From NCBI GenBank assembly GCA_043228905.1, contig JBHGNT010000022.1, forward strand, positions 6,510,001-6,574,000: DNA of 64,000 bases. The letters are read 5' to 3'. Position numbers and translations under genes: made by a program. Below, piece after piece: positions 23,526-37,100 of the stretch. How positions within the stretch are numbered: the stretch's first letter is position 1; each line of letters starts with the position of its first letter. Source of the stretch: Azolla caroliniana (taxonomy: Eukaryota > Plantae > Polypodiophyta). The notes below the pieces were generated by a model. That model was not told the DNA's origin, made no database searches, and was given only the letters and a program-made list of their open reading frames with translations.

Positions 23526-26500
23526 TCCGACAATCACGAAGAACCTGGTGTCTGTCGGTCAGATTGTCGACCAGGGGATGCAGGTGCGGTTTACACACCT
23601 CGGGTGCTTCATTGAGGATTAGGGCGAAGTCATTGCGCAAGGGTGCAGAGACGGGAGGATGTTTATCCTCAACACCAATGACTGTGGCACCGCTCTGTTC
23701 GCGAAACGACAGAAGGTCGAGTCGGACATCGACTTGTGGCACAAGCGGATAGGCCACGTCAACTATCGGAGGCTTCAAGACCTGCAAACGAAACAAGTCG
23801 TTTTCGGTTTGCCGAAGTTTAGCGGCTGGAGAGCCGAAATTTGTGAAGCCTGCCAACTTGGGAAGCAACACCGGCTTCCATTCCCCACCGAACGGAACCG
23901 GAGCCATAACAAGCTTGATCTCATCCATTCAGATGTGTGGGGACCGACACAAAGTGTAAGCCTTGGCGGGAGCCGTTACTTCGTCTCCTTCATCGACGAC
24001 TATACTCGACATACTTGGATCTACCTCATTGAGCGGAAGAGTGAAGTCTTCGACTGTTTCCGGAGCCTCCAGAAGATGGTGGAACGGGAATCAGAGAGGA
24101 AGATCAAATGCCTTCGGTCGGATGGCGGAAAGGAATATTTTTCCGGCCAATTCACTAGTTATCTGCAACAGAAGGGAATTCGGCGAGAGTTTAGCTGCAG
24201 ATACACACCGGAGCAAAACGGTGTGGCCGAAAGGAAGAACCGGACACTCGTAGAAGCGGCAAGGGCAATGCTGGAGGAAAAGAGCATGCCCCGGTTCTAC
24301 TGGGTGGAGGCAGTCCAGACAACCGTCTACATACAAAACCGCATTGGTGACAAGGTGTCAGCTCATGAGCTGTATTTCGGGCGCAAGCCGAACTTAAGAC
24401 ACCTTCGGATATTCGGCAGGATAGCGTATGTGCATGTGCCGGATCAGAAGCGGAGAAAGCTGGATGCAGAATCGGAAAAATGCATCCTAGTCGGCTATGC
24501 TCAAGAGCAAAAGGGGTACAAGTGCTATCACCCCCGGACGAAGGAAGTCCGAGTTAGCCGGGATGTCGAGTTCGATGAATCGGCATCCTGGTACTCCGTA
24601 CCGACTCCGACTTCCGATCCCGACCTAATGCCGGAAGATCAGGCTAGTGAGCCTGAATCAGCCCTGGCAGAGGATGATGAAGCCGGGACTCAAGAAGAGA
24701 GTCTAGAATCGTTTCGGTTGAGTGGACCGAACGAGCGACTGAGTAGGATGGACCAGTCAGATGAAGAGACGGCAAGTGGTGGAGACTCTGTCGTGCTCTC
24801 CCCGCGCAAGGAACCGAGGAAACAGTTCACGCGCAAAGAGAAGGGGAAGAGGAAGATGCCGGAATTCGAAACTGGCAACGATGAGTCGGACCAGTGCGTA
24901 TCCGACTCCGGAAAGGAGAAAGGCGGATCTTCGGCAACGCAGACCGTACTGGCCAAGAAAGGCCTCAAATCAGGTGACGGTGCGTTGCGCCGATCAACCC
25001 GAAAGAAGGATCCCGTCATGCGATACGGGTACAATGAATACATGGCGCATCACTATGCGTACATGACTAAGGTGACAGAAGTGCGTGAGCCGGAGAGCTA
25101 CGCAGAAGCGGCAAAGGACGCAAATTGGCGTGCCGCTATGGACGAAGAAATGCGGACACTCGATGCCAATGAAACTTGGGACCTAGTTGATCCTCCCCGT
25201 CATTGTAAACCGATCGGATGCAAGTGGGTGTACAAGGTCAAGTACAATGCCGACGGTTCTGTTAACCGGTGCAAAGCCTGGTTAGTGGCGAAGGGTTACG
25301 CACAGACCCACGGAATCGACTACGACGAGACCTTCGCTCCTGTGGCGAAGATGACGACGGTTCGTGTGGTACTGACGGTTGCTGCGGCAAGGGGGTGGCA
25401 TCTTTACCAAATGGATGTGAAGAACGCCTTCCTTCAAGGAGAGCTTGAAGAAGAAGTCTTTATGACTCAGCCCCCCGGATTTCAATCAGAGATGAACAAG
25501 TCAGCGGTATGCTGACTGAAGAAGTCGCTTTACGGCTTGAAGCAAGCCCCCCGAGCCTGGAACGCGAAGATCACGCACCGGTTGCGTAAGCTGGGGTTTG
25601 CTATCTCTAAGTCGGACTCTTCGTTGTTCATCCGGCAAGGCTCTGACGGTCCGGTATGTATACTCTTGTATGTGGCGTCAAGTCCCAGTTGTTGGACGCA
25701 TTCGAAATGAAGGACCTGGGGGACCTTCATTATTTTCTTGGGATCGAAGTGATCCGGACCCCCGACGGCATACTGCTCTCACAACGACATTACGTGTTGA
25801 ATATGTTGTATAAGTTCGGCATGACGGATTGCCGACCTGTCTCCACACCCCTGGACCGGAACCAAAAGCTCCGTCCCAACTCCGGACCGGCCTGCAATGA
25901 GAAACGGTTCCGACAGGTTGTCGGAAGCCTGATCTACTTAACCATCACCCGACCCGACATCAGCTATCCGGTCGGCATGGTAAGTTAGTTCATGCCGCAG
26001 CCGACCGTGGAGCACCTTCAGTGCGCGCAACGAATATTACGGTATGTTAGCGGCACTAAGGACCGGGGACTGCTATACCGTCGAGGTATACCCGAAGAGC
26101 TTGTCGGTTACACAAATGCTGACTGGGCCGGCGATGCGTCTGATCGCCGCTCCACTTCTGGATACATGTTCTCCATAGGTAGCGCGGCCGTTGCGTGGAG
26201 CAGCAAGAAGCAGCCCACAGTGGCTTTGTCAAGCACTGAGGCTGAGTACCGGGCCGCTACCGTTGCCACTTGTGAAGCCATCTGGCTTCGGCGACTGCTG
26301 CGAGACTTGCGGATCGAGGTACCGACCCCGATCCCGATTTACTGCAATAACATGAGCAGCCTGCAGCTCGCCAAGAACCTTGTGTTTCATGCTCACACCA
26401 AGCACATCGAGTTGCACTACCACTTCGTGCGTGAGCGGGTCCTGAGCGGTGAAGTTGACCTACGGTATGTTCATACGGATTGGCAAGTTGCCGACATCTT

Positions 26501-26726
26501 CACCAAGCCGCTCGGATCGGACAAGTTGCAGCACTTTACCGACATGCTTGGTATTCAGCATCTCGACGTGCCGCACTTGAGGGGGAGAAGCAAGGGCAAA
26601 GTCTCTACCGAAACGGGCAAAGGCCAAAAAACTGGTGAACCTGTTTGTAAGAGGAAAGCCGGAAGAAGAGGAGACAAGAAGATGAAGGAAGTTGAGTCGA
26701 CGAAGGAAGTCGACACATCCGAATAG
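23526..26726 (+). pseudogene. pol: Copia integrase-RT-RNase H of element H
   Basis: ORFs 23659-25515, 25656-25988 and 25992-26726. Contains stops and a ~40-bp deletion near 25670 relative to L. Confidence 0.92.
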
Positions 26727-27676
26727 GTCGGAGCAAGCGGCTCTGAAGAAGAGCTGTGCACTCAGGAAGAGAAGTGCATGCTGTGCGGAGGTCATCACGA
26801 CGGTACTGACCATGATGCGGAGTCGAATGAAGAATTCGATTTCGGTTCACCCGCTGAAGAAGCCGAGGGAAGCACGGAGAAGGCCATGACTCGGAAGTGG
26901 TCCGATGTGGTGAGAGGCCTGAAGCTGGAACGAGTCGGAGACAGCTGACTCGAATCAACAAATGGATCCGGATGAGTCGGATCGACTGAAGGCCAAGGGG
27001 ACACGGACACAGCGGAAGTCGATGCCATCGTGGGAGAACCGACGGATCGGCAAGCACCGGAGTCACAACAACGTGAGTGCTGAGATGGGCCTATTGAGCA
27101 GACATGCCGACCGAGAGGGTCGAGGCGCGCAGAACCAAAGGGGTCGCGGCAAACGGGACCGGACCGGACGAGGAGCGCGAGCAAGGCGGAGTGACGCCAT
27201 GAGAAGTCGGTTGGATGAACCGACTGCCACAGAGGTCGACACTACGACCCCACCTCAGGTTGAGCTTGAGGGGGAGTGTTGAGCGGCAAGCTCAACCGGA
27301 GCCGGATCGGCTGAATAAGCCGGAGCCGGTGAGCGAGACGGATCGGGCGAAACGGATCGGTATTACGGTGAGCAACTGAACCGACAAGCAATGGAGGCCG
27401 GGTGCAATCCGTAACCAGCAGTCCAATCGGAAGCCTAGTACAGGATAGACTACTAGGTAGCTATAGTCTCGTAGTAAGTGTCAGATGCTCGTGTGAGCAT
27501 TGAAGTACACGGTACTTCTGTCAGTTCCAAGAGGACTTGTATAAATAGTGCTACTTAGCACAGTGTGTGTACAGAGTCTTGATATAATTTTGAAATTACG
27601 TTCTGCTCTCTCTGTCTCTCTCTCTGTGTGTTGTTCTCTGTTTTATGCTTCCGCAAACACTTACGTTTACAATTTT

Positions 27677-28852
27677 ACTATATGTTGATGACTTGGTCAT
27701 CACCGGCGCCGACCTAGGTGAAATCGACCGCGTGAAGTTCCAGATTGCGGCATCGTTCAACATGAAGGATCTAGGGGACCTTCATTACTTCCTCGGGATC
27801 GAAGTGATCCGTACCCCCGAAGGCATATTGATCAGCCAACGTCATTACGTGCTGAGTATGCTCTTCAAATTCGGGATGGCCGACTATAAGTCTGTCTCGA
27901 CTCCTCTGGACAGAACCGTCAAGCTTCCTCCCGATACGGGAAAGGTATGCGACCCGACGAGGTTCCGACAAATTGTCGGAAGCCTCATATACTTGACCAT
28001 CACCCGACCCAACCTAAGTTATCCGGTCGGAGTGATCAGTCAGTTCATGGCGCGACCTACCGAGGAGCACCTCCAGTGTGCGCAACGCATACTTCGGTAT
28101 GTCAACGGCACTAAGGACCGGGGACTACTATATCGGACCGGTGCAGCCGCGCAGTTAGTCGGCTACATCGATGCTAATTGGGCTGGCAACGCCGCCGATC
28201 GCCGATCCACGTCCAGATATGCGTTCTCCCTCGGGAGTGCTGCGATCGCGTGGAGTAGTAAGAAGCAGCCGACAGTTGCACTGTCGAGCACCGAAGCTGA
28301 GTACCGAGGAGCGGCTGTCGCGACATGCGAAGCCATATGGTTGAAACTGCTGCTTAGGGACCTGCAAGAGGAGGTGTCAGATCCGCAACGATCTACTGCG
28401 ACAACTTCAGCAGCATCCAGCTTGCGAAAAACCTCGTTTTCCACGCACGGACCAAGCACATTGAGGTGCACTACCATTTCGTCCGTGAGCGTGTCCTTTC
28501 CAGTGAAGTTAAACTTCAGTACGTTCCGACGGATCGGCAGACTGCCGACATCTTCACCAAGCCTCTTGGTCTGGACAAGTTGCGGCAATTCTCAGGTGCG
28601 CTTGAATTGCGTCACCTCGACGTGCCAAACTTGAGGGGGAGAACAGTCCCGAACGACCAAGCAAGGCAGCAGGAAAGGAGTGGAGACCGCGACACCGAGT
28701 CGGTTGACTCGGTTGTCGAGTTCGACTTCGGATCGGCTGAAGAAGCCGAGGGTGAACACGCGGAAAAGTCCGGAAGCGGACAAAAGGGGAGCAGCCGAAG
28801 GAGAGAGCCGAAGCCAACCACGCATGGGGAAGATGATGCCATCGAGGGCTAG
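27677..28852 (+). pseudogene. pol: Copia RT C-part and RNase H of element D
   Basis: YVDDLVITG, DANWAG, STEAEY, ADIFTKPL. One frameshift near 28385. Confidence 0.9.
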
Positions 28853-29997
28853 AAGACCGAAGACAAGTTGGAGACAGCCAACTCGAACAAGAGCGAAAAC
28901 CGATCGGAGGTAGCCGAGTCGGTTCGGATGTTTGATTCAGATACGCTGAATCAACCAAGGCCCAAGCGGAAGAAAAGGCAGCAGGAGAATTGTCAACACC
29001 GCAACAGCAGAAGAGCTGATAAGGGCCACATGAGCAGACAAGCCGACCGGAAGGGTCGAAGCGCGCGGAATTGAACAGGTCGTGGAGCGCGAGCGAGGCG
29101 TGAAGCCAGGAGGAACCGGAGCTGTGAGCCCGAAGATCTCGAAGAGCCTCAAGTTGAGCTTGAGGGGGAGTGTTGAGAGACAAGCTCAACATTGGTTGGG
29201 ACCGATCGGTTAGGCCGAATGCGTAAACCGGTACGCAGACCGATGCGTAGGTAGGGCCGGATTGGTGCGTAAACCGGGAGGCCGCTAGGAAAGATATTCC
29301 GTGAGGAATATATTTGGGAGTTAGTGTAGGAGGTCTTAATGAGCATTGAAGTACTGTTAGTACTTCGGTCAGTGCTTCTAGGACTTGTATAAAAGTGTTC
29401 ATTGAACACACATATGTATAGAGTGTGGTGAATAGAGTTTGAGTATTTTTTGAATATACCTCTTGTGTTTTCCTCTCTCACTCTCTCTATCTCTCCCGCG
29501 TATACTGCGTGAGCTCAAGCTCTCCATTAAACCTGAGTTTTCTTCCTTCTGTTCGGTCTTCATACTTGCTTCCGCACGTTACTTTTTACATCAACAAAAG
29601 GAAGATACACATACACACACCGTTTTTGGACCCATGATATCAATGTTCGTGAATTGACAAAACGGGAATGTTCATGTCGATGAAGATTTGTTGACTGACG
29701 GAGATGTTTGACTCAAGCACTCCGATCGAGGGAGTCGATCGTTGAGAGGACCGATGGAAGTTCCGGTCGAAGAAAGATTATGATCAAGGCATGTGGGATC
29801 AACGTGCAAGGCACTCTCCCACGGGCGTGCCATATTGTGTTACCGTATGAGATGTACGGGTGATTGATAAGTGTGATAAGTAAGGGTGAAAGATGTAATG
29901 CGTTGATATGTATGTGTAATGTTATACGATTATGAGTGTGAATGTAAGTGTGAGTGTGGTTGATACAAAGAGGTGTGAGTGAGTGACTAGGTGTGAA

Positions 29998-32900
29998 CCG
30001 GCTGACTACTTCGACAATGTATCCGATATTTGACCGGGTACACACCATTGCGTACATCAGGCTTCCGACGGTAGAGGTGTATGGTATCTTCATCATTTCC
30101 GACTTCTCTGCCTTTTTCTTCGGGCTCTGTTTTCTGGACAGTTTGCAATTTGCCAGAAGTGTCGATCCGACCATCTTCGCGTCCGTCATGCTGAACCGTT
30201 GGAGCACCTTCGTCACGTACTTCTCCAGTGACAACCACAATAGCTTCTTCGTTCGGCCCCGGACTATGTGCATCCCCAATATCTGTCTCACCGGACCCAG
30301 ATCTTTCATTGAGAAGATCTGGTTCAAGGCCTTCTTCAGATTTCTGATTTTTATCCGGTTTGGTCTAACGATCATCATGTCATCCACATAGAGCATGAGT
30401 ATTAGGAAGTCTCCTCCGTTGAACTTCTTCACAAATACACAATGATCGGCCTACATCTTGTGGTATCCTTGATCGGTCATGAAGGAGTCGAAGTTCCGGT
30501 ACCATTGCCGAAGAGCTTGCTTCGGTCCGTAAAAGCTCTTCTTCAACTGGCACCCTAGGTGCTCCTTCCCTCTCTTGACAAATCCTTCCAGTTGTTGCAT
30601 GTAGATTTCTTCTTCGAGGTCTCCATGTAGGAACTCCGCCTTGATGTCTAGTTGCTCTACCTGAAGGTCCATGCTTGCCGCTATGCTCAACACAGTCCGG
30701 GTGGATGTCATCTTTACTACCGGTGCAAAGATCTCATCGAAATACACTCCTTTTTGATACTGGAAGCCCTTCACCACAATGCGGGCTTTGTACCTTGGTG
30801 GATTTCCGGCGTCTCCCAGTTTCAGCTTGTACACCCACTTGTTCCGGAGTGCTCTCTTTCCTTTCAATAGCTTTGCCAATTCATATGTGTGGTTTGCATG
30901 TAGGGAATCGATCTTATCCTGCATGGCACTTAACCACTTGCGGCTGTGGGTGTCTTTCTTTGCTTCTTCGAAGCTTTCCGGCTCCCCCTCATCGGTCAGT
31001 AGCACATGCTATGCATCCAAAAATCTCCCGGGGGGCCTTCTCTCTCTCAGAGGGTATCTTCTTCCTTGGTTCACATCCACTGGTTCCTCCATCCGTTCCT
31101 CATCCAAATCTGATTCGGGGTCTTGTCCGGTTCCAGTGTCCAATTCTTCTTCTTCGATCGGTTTGGTTTCTTGTCCGAATCCGGTCGGTTCTTCGAGTGT
31201 CATCCGGGTTTCGGTCGGATGGGTCCTTGTATCCTTCAACCGATCTTTGTCAGTTGGCCCAGAGTCCATATCATCTTCTTCTCCGACTCCTAGTCGGCAA
31301 TGTTCTTGTCTTCCATGAAAATTATGTCTCGACTCCGGAAGACCTTCTTGTCAACCAAGTCCGACACCCGATAACCGAACTCATCATCATCGTATCCAAG
31401 GAATATGCATGGTCGGGACGTTGGATCCAATTTCGCTCTCTTGTCCTTTGCAACATGCACGTAAGCGAGGCAACCGAATACCTTCAGATGTCGATAAGAC
31501 ACGTCTTTACTGGTCCATGCTTTCTGCAGTGAGTCTCCTTCCAAGGGCGCTAAGGGTGATCTGTGTCATCGCTGTCATCAGCGCCTCAACCCGAAACATT
31601 TTGGGTAACTTTGCATGTGCTAGCATGCTCCGAACTCGCTCCATCATAGTCTGGTTCATCCTTTTGGCTAGTTCGTTCAGCTCCGGTGTCTTCGGCACGG
31701 TGAATTCGAGTCGGATCCCCTTCGACCAACAATACTCCTCGAATTGCCCCTGATATTCTCCTTCGTTGTCAGCTCAAACCGCCTTCAGCTTCAGGCCAGT
31801 TTCTCTTTCCACTCTCGTGTGGAATTCTTGACAACTTCCATTTGTGGTCGTCTATGAATGTCACGAAGTACCACGATCCGGCATGCGACTTCGTGTCCAC
31901 TCTACATACATTGGTATGCACAAGTTGCAACAGTGAATTCCGTCTCATCGGTGGGGTTGAACGGTAAGAGGTTTGATTCTAGTTGCCGACCAAGCAATCG
32001 GTGCACTTCTCAAGCTGCACGTCTTTCACCTCCGCAATGAGGTTATCTTCGACAAGTCTTCTAATCCCTTTCTGGCTCATGTGAGACAACCTCTTGTGCC
32101 ACAACTCACCGGCATTTTTGGATGCCACGTTCACTTCTACCCGGCAGATCCAAGCATGCATCAAGTATAAGGTGTTGATTTTCCGGGCTCAAGCCATGAT
32201 CAGGCTTCCTTTGCAAAACTTCATGACTCCATTACGGATGCTCCTTGTGTAGCCTTCATCATCTAGCCGACTGGCTGATATCAGCTTCAACCAAACCTCT
32301 AGAACATGTCAGGCATCCTTCAACAACGACTTGCACCCGGTTGACATCGTCAACCACACGTCTCCTATGCTAATAATTTGGCATGCACCTTCAAAATTTC
32401 CCATCTAGACAAGACCGTGATCTCCGGCTCTATATGATGAGATGCACTTCCGGTCGGGAGTAAGGTGGAACAACGCTCCAGAGTTGACCACCCATGTCAA
32501 CTCGTCGCTGACAAGATGCAACTCACTCTCCTAAGTGATTAGCAACAGTTCTTCTTCACTTGTCGCGATCGCTGACATTCCTATCCTTTCTGAAATCTTC
32601 TTTGGTTCCGGAATGTCGGCTCCCCCCTTGGTTTTCCGGAAGTGTCGGCAGTTCTTTTGGAAGTGCCCTGGCATTCCACAATAAAAGCATGCCCCAACTT
32701 TCCGCAATAAAAGCATGTGGGCCTCCCCCTTGACTTCCACCTTGTTTCCGATTTGTCTCGGTTTTGGGGACTCCGATTACGGCCTCTTCCCCGGTTATGG
32801 TCATCTTCCGTGACCAAGGCCTTCGGATCGGTTCCGGACTCCTGGTCCTTCTAGCGAGCTTCTTCATCCAGCAAGCTTGATTTTACCCTTGGTAGGGATA

Positions 32901-33425
32901 ACTGTTTTCCTTCCGGCCCGGTGTTGCCCAAAGTGACAACTATCGTCTCCCAACTATCCGGGAGGGAACCGAGCAGGAGCAACGCAAGTACCTCGTCAGT
33001 TAGAGGTACTTCCAATGAGGTTGTTTGGTTTATGAGCCCCTAGAATGCATATATGTGCTCCGCCATGCTGGATCCGTCTTGGTACCGAAGTCTCACTAAC
33101 TTCCAGAATAACGAAACTTGATTAACGCCGTTTTTACTCTCCAGCATGGTGCCGATTTTCTCCTAGAGCACATGAGCCTTGCTTTCTTCATTGAAGTTAT
33201 TGTACAAGCTCATGTCGATGAAGCACTGAAAATATATGTCGTCGTCTTCATGTGCATCACCTCCCACATCGTTGCATCGATCTTGTCCGGTTTCTTGTCC
33301 CCGAACTGTACTGGCAGCCAGAAATCGTTGACCACGAGCAGGTTCCTCATCTTCGACTTCCACAATAGGTAGTTGGATCCGGTGAGCTTGAACATGCTTT
33401 TGAATGAATCTTCCAATTTCTTCAA
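29998..33425 (-). pseudogene. Degraded gag-pol of Copia A
   Basis: KLTGSNYLLWK, CFYCG.PGH, ELWHKRL, RYKARIVVKGF, LYVDDM. Many stops and frameshifts. Confidence 0.85.
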
Positions 33426-33601
33426 GGTTTAGAACCTTGGCTCTGATACCAGTTTGAGCAAATTAGTGCTCGGCTCAATCAACAGTATGAGACAACACTA
33501 GATGTTTACGTGAAAAGCCCTAATAGGGAAAAAAACCAATGGAGCCCATTGACTCCAACTGTCACTATAGATAAGGGGTACAACATTGTGAGACTCAAAG
33601 G

Positions 33602-34020
33602 TGTTACCGGCCGGCAAGGAGTCCAAAATACGGAGTGAAGGAATTAATTAAGTGTGGTTGTAAATAGGAATAGTGTGGACGGACGGACTGGAAACGGTAT
33701 GCCGTTCCAGATCCGGACGGATCCCGAATAGGTGCGATAGGCACCGTTTTGTACTACGGGCCGGAAACCTATTTAAAGGCCCGGACCCCATTGTAATCGC
33801 AGCGGATAATTAATAGAGCATATGGTGTTTATGCTTCTGTGTTGATTTCCGTTCTGTACTTACTGTTATATCTTACGCGTGTAATTAACAAAAGCGATCT
33901 AATCGTGTAACCTACGTAAGTCGGTGTAATCGTTGAATCTTAATCCTATGCCGTAACCACCCTTTGGTGAAGTGTCTCCGTGACACCTTGTGTTAGGCCT
34001 TGTCCGGTCAGAGAATAACA
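33602..34020 (+). mobile_element. Solo LTR of the G family with 5-bp TSD AAAGG, inside the 5' LTR of A
   Basis: TGTTACCGGCC...GAGAATAACA. Reverse complement of 56790-57208. AAAGG on both sides. TATA-like CCTATTTAAAGG at ~33768. Confidence 0.93.
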
Positions 34021-34130
34021 AAAGGCAATGACCTCGAGCTCTAGCTTTGCCAACCGGCGGTTACAACAAAAAATACCTTTTTGTGTATCTCCCTCTCTCA
34101 TTGTGTCTCTCTATTTTTTAAAATAATAAT

Positions 34131-37100
34131 GACTTCCTTCACCGACTCGGCTTCCTTTATCTTCTTGTCTCCTCTTCTTCCGGCTCTCCTCTTACCGACG
34201 GGTTCAACAGTTTGTTGGCCTTTGCCCGTTTCGGTAGAGACTTTGTCCTTGCTTCTCCCCCTCAAGTGCGGCACGTCGAGATGCTGAACACCAAGCATGT
34301 TGGTAAAGTGCTGCAACTTGTCCGATCCGAGCGGCTTGGTGAAGATGTCGGTAACTTGCCGATCTGTATGAACATACTGTAGGTCAACTTCACCGCTCAG
34401 GACCCGCTCACGCACGAAGTGGTAGTGGAACTCGATGTGCTTTGTGCGAGCATGGAACACGGGGTTCCTGGCGAGCTGCAGGTTGCTCATGTTATCGCAG
34501 TAAATCGGGATTGGGGTCGGTACCTCAATCCGCAAGTCTCGCAGCAGTCGCCGAAGCCAGATGGCTTCACAAGTGGCAACGGTAGCGGCCCGGTACTCAG
34601 CTTCAGTGCTTGACAAAGCCACTGTGGGCTGCTTCTTGCTACTCCACGCAACGGCTGCGCTACCTATGGAGAACATGTATCCGGAAGTGGAGCGGCGATC
34701 AGACGCATCGCTGGCACAGTCAGCATTTGTGTAACCGACAAGCTCTTCGGGTATACCTCGCCGGTATAGCAGTCCCCGGTCCTTTGTGCCCCTGACATAC
34801 CGTAATATTCTTTGCGCGCACTGAAGGTGCTCCACGGTCGGCTTCTGCATCAACTGACTTACCATGCCGACCGGATAACTGATGTCGGGTCGGGTGATGG
34901 TTAAGTAGATCAGGCTTCCGACAACCTGTCGGAACCGTTTCTCATTGCAGGCCGGTCCGGAGTTGGGACAGAGCTTCTAGTTCCGATCCAGGGGTGTGGA
35001 GACATGTCGGCAATCCGACATGCCGAACTTATACAACATATTCAACACGTAATGTCATTGTGAGAGCAATATGCCGTCGGGGGTCCGGATCACTTCGATC
35101 CCAAGAAAATAATGGAGGTCCCCAGGTCCTTCATTTCGAATGCGTCCGACAACTGGGACTTGACGCGGTTGATTTCTGGAAGACCCGGTCCGGTGATGAC
35201 TAAATCATTCACATACGAGAGTATACATACCGGACCGTCCGAGCCTTGCCGGATGAACAACGAAGAGTCTGACTTAGAGACAACAAACCCCAGCTTACGC
35301 AACCGGTGCGTGATCTTCGCGTTCCAAGCTCGGGGGGCTTACTTCAAGCCGTAAAGCGACTTCTTCAGTCGGCATACCGCCGATGTGTTCATCTCCGATT
35401 GAAATCCGGGGGGCTGAGTCATAAAGACTTCTTCTTCAAGCTCTCCTTGAAGGAAGGCGTTCTTCACATCCATCTGGTGAACATGCCACCCCCTTGCCGC
35501 AGCAACCGCCAGTACCACACGAACCGTCGTCATCTTCGCCATAGGAGCGAAGGTCTCGTCGTAGTCGATTGCGTGGGTCTACGCGTATCCCTTCGCCACT
35601 AACCGGGCTTTGTACCGGTTAACAGAACCGTCGGTGTTGTACTTGACCTTGTACACCCACTTGCATCCGATCGGTTTACAGTGACGGGGAGGATCAACTA
35701 GGTCCCAAGCTTCGTTGGCATCGAGTGCCCGCATTTCTTCGTCCATAGCGGCACGCCAATTTGCGTCCTTTGCTGCTTCTGCGTAGCTCTCCGGCTCGCG
35801 CACTTCTGTCACCTTAGTCATGTACGCATAATGATGCGCCATGTATTCATTGTACCCGTACCGCACGACGGGATCCTTTTGAAGGGTTGATCGGCGCAAC
35901 GCACCGTCACCTGATTTGAGGCCCTTCATGGCCAGTTCGGTCTTCGTTGCTGAAGATCTGCCTTTCTCCTTTCCGGAGTCGGATATGCACCGATCCGACT
36001 CATCGTTGCCGGTTTCGAATTCCGGCATCTTCCTCTTCCCCTTCTCTTTGCACGTGAACCGTTTCCTTAGTTCCTTGCGCGGGGAGAGCACGGCAGAGTC
36101 TCCACCACTTGCCGTCTCTTCATCTAACTGGTCCAACCGACTCAGTCGCTCGTTCGGTCCACTCAACTGCAACGATTCTGGACTCTCATCTTGAGTTCCG
36201 GCTTCATCATCCTCTTCCAAGGCTGATTCAGGCTCACTGGCCTGATCTTCCGGCATTCGGTCTGGATCGGAAGTCGGAGTCGGTACGGAGTACCAGGATG
36301 CCGATTCATCGAACTCGACATCCCGGCTAACTCGGACTTCCTTCGTCCGGGGGTTATAGCACTTATACCCCTTTTGCTCTTGAGCATAGCTGACGAGGAT
36401 GCATTTTTCCGATTTTGCATCCAACTTCCTCCGCTTCTGATCCGGCACATGCACATACGCTAGGCTGCCGAATATCCGAAGGTGTCTTAAGTTCGGCTTG
36501 CGCCCGAAATACAGCTCATGAGCTGACACCTTGTCACCAATGCGGTTTTGTATGTAGACGGCCGTCTGGACCGCCTCCGCCCAGTAGAACCGGGGCATGC
36601 TCTTCTCCTCCAGCATTGTCCTTGCCGCTTCGACGAGTGTCCGGTTCTTCCTTTCGGCCACACCGTTTTGCTCCGGTGTGTATCTGCAGCTGAACTCTCG
36701 CCGAATTCCCTTCTGTTGCAGATAACTAGTGAATTGGCTGGAAAAAATATTCCTTTCCGCCATCCGACCGAAGGCATTTGATCTTCCTCTCCGATTCCCG
36801 TTCCACCATCTTCTGGAGGCTCCGGAAACAGTCGAAGACTTCGCTCTTCCGCTCAATGAGGTAGATCCAAGTATGTCGAGTATAGTCGTCGATGAAGGAG
36901 ACAAAGTACCGGCTCCCGCCAAGGCTTACACTTTGTGCCGGTCCCCACACATCCGAATGGATGAGATCGAGCTTGTTACGGCTCCGATTCCGTTCGGTGG
37001 GGGATGGAAGCCGGTGTTGCTTCCCAAGTTGGCAGGCTTCACAAATTTCGGCTCTCCGGCCGCTGAACTTTGGCAAACCGAAAACGACTCGTTTCGTTTG

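Larger units (their letters stand above)
18672..27671 (+). mobile_element. Element H: Ty1/Copia with 395-bp LTRs and TSD ATTTT, nested in the RT of D
   Basis: LTRs 18672-19066 and 27277-27671. ATTTT on both flanks. PBS TGGTATCAGAGCG at 19067. PPT TTGAGGGGGAG. Confidence 0.95.
6518..29590 (+). mobile_element. Element D: Ty1/Copia with 420-bp LTRs and TSD TCAAC
   Basis: LTRs 6518-6937 and 29171-29590 (TG..CA, about 11 mismatches by eye). TCAAC on both flanks. PBS TGGTATTAGAGCG at 6938. PPT TTGAGGGGGAG. Coding pieces at ~7010-7217, 16366-18671 and 27677-28850. Confidence 0.95.
3855..29997 (-). mobile_element. Element B: non-autonomous LTR retroelement (~3.1 kb of own sequence, no recognisable protein domain)
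   Basis: LTR 3855-4156 (minus: TGATGCC...CGGTAACA), preceded by PPT GGGGTGGGGG. Second LTR 29838-29997 is truncated. PBS TGGCACGCCCGTGGGA at 29817-29832 (minus). Inserted into the RT/RH region of A. Confidence 0.75.
2061..34130 (-). mobile_element. Element A: old, degraded Ty1/Copia (Tork/Tnt1-like), outermost host of the nest
   Basis: Homologous LTRs at 2061-3441 and 33455-34130. PBS TGGTATCAGAGCC (Met-i) at 33439-33451 (minus). PPT GAAAGGGGAG at ~3444-3453 (minus). gag-pol remnants at 29998-33425 and RNase H tail (YAGGAVS) at ~3450-3854. Confidence 0.8.

Noticed and set aside
32660-32720. Apparent double zinc knuckle in A gag
   Set aside because: A short local tandem duplication causing a frameshift in a dead copy.
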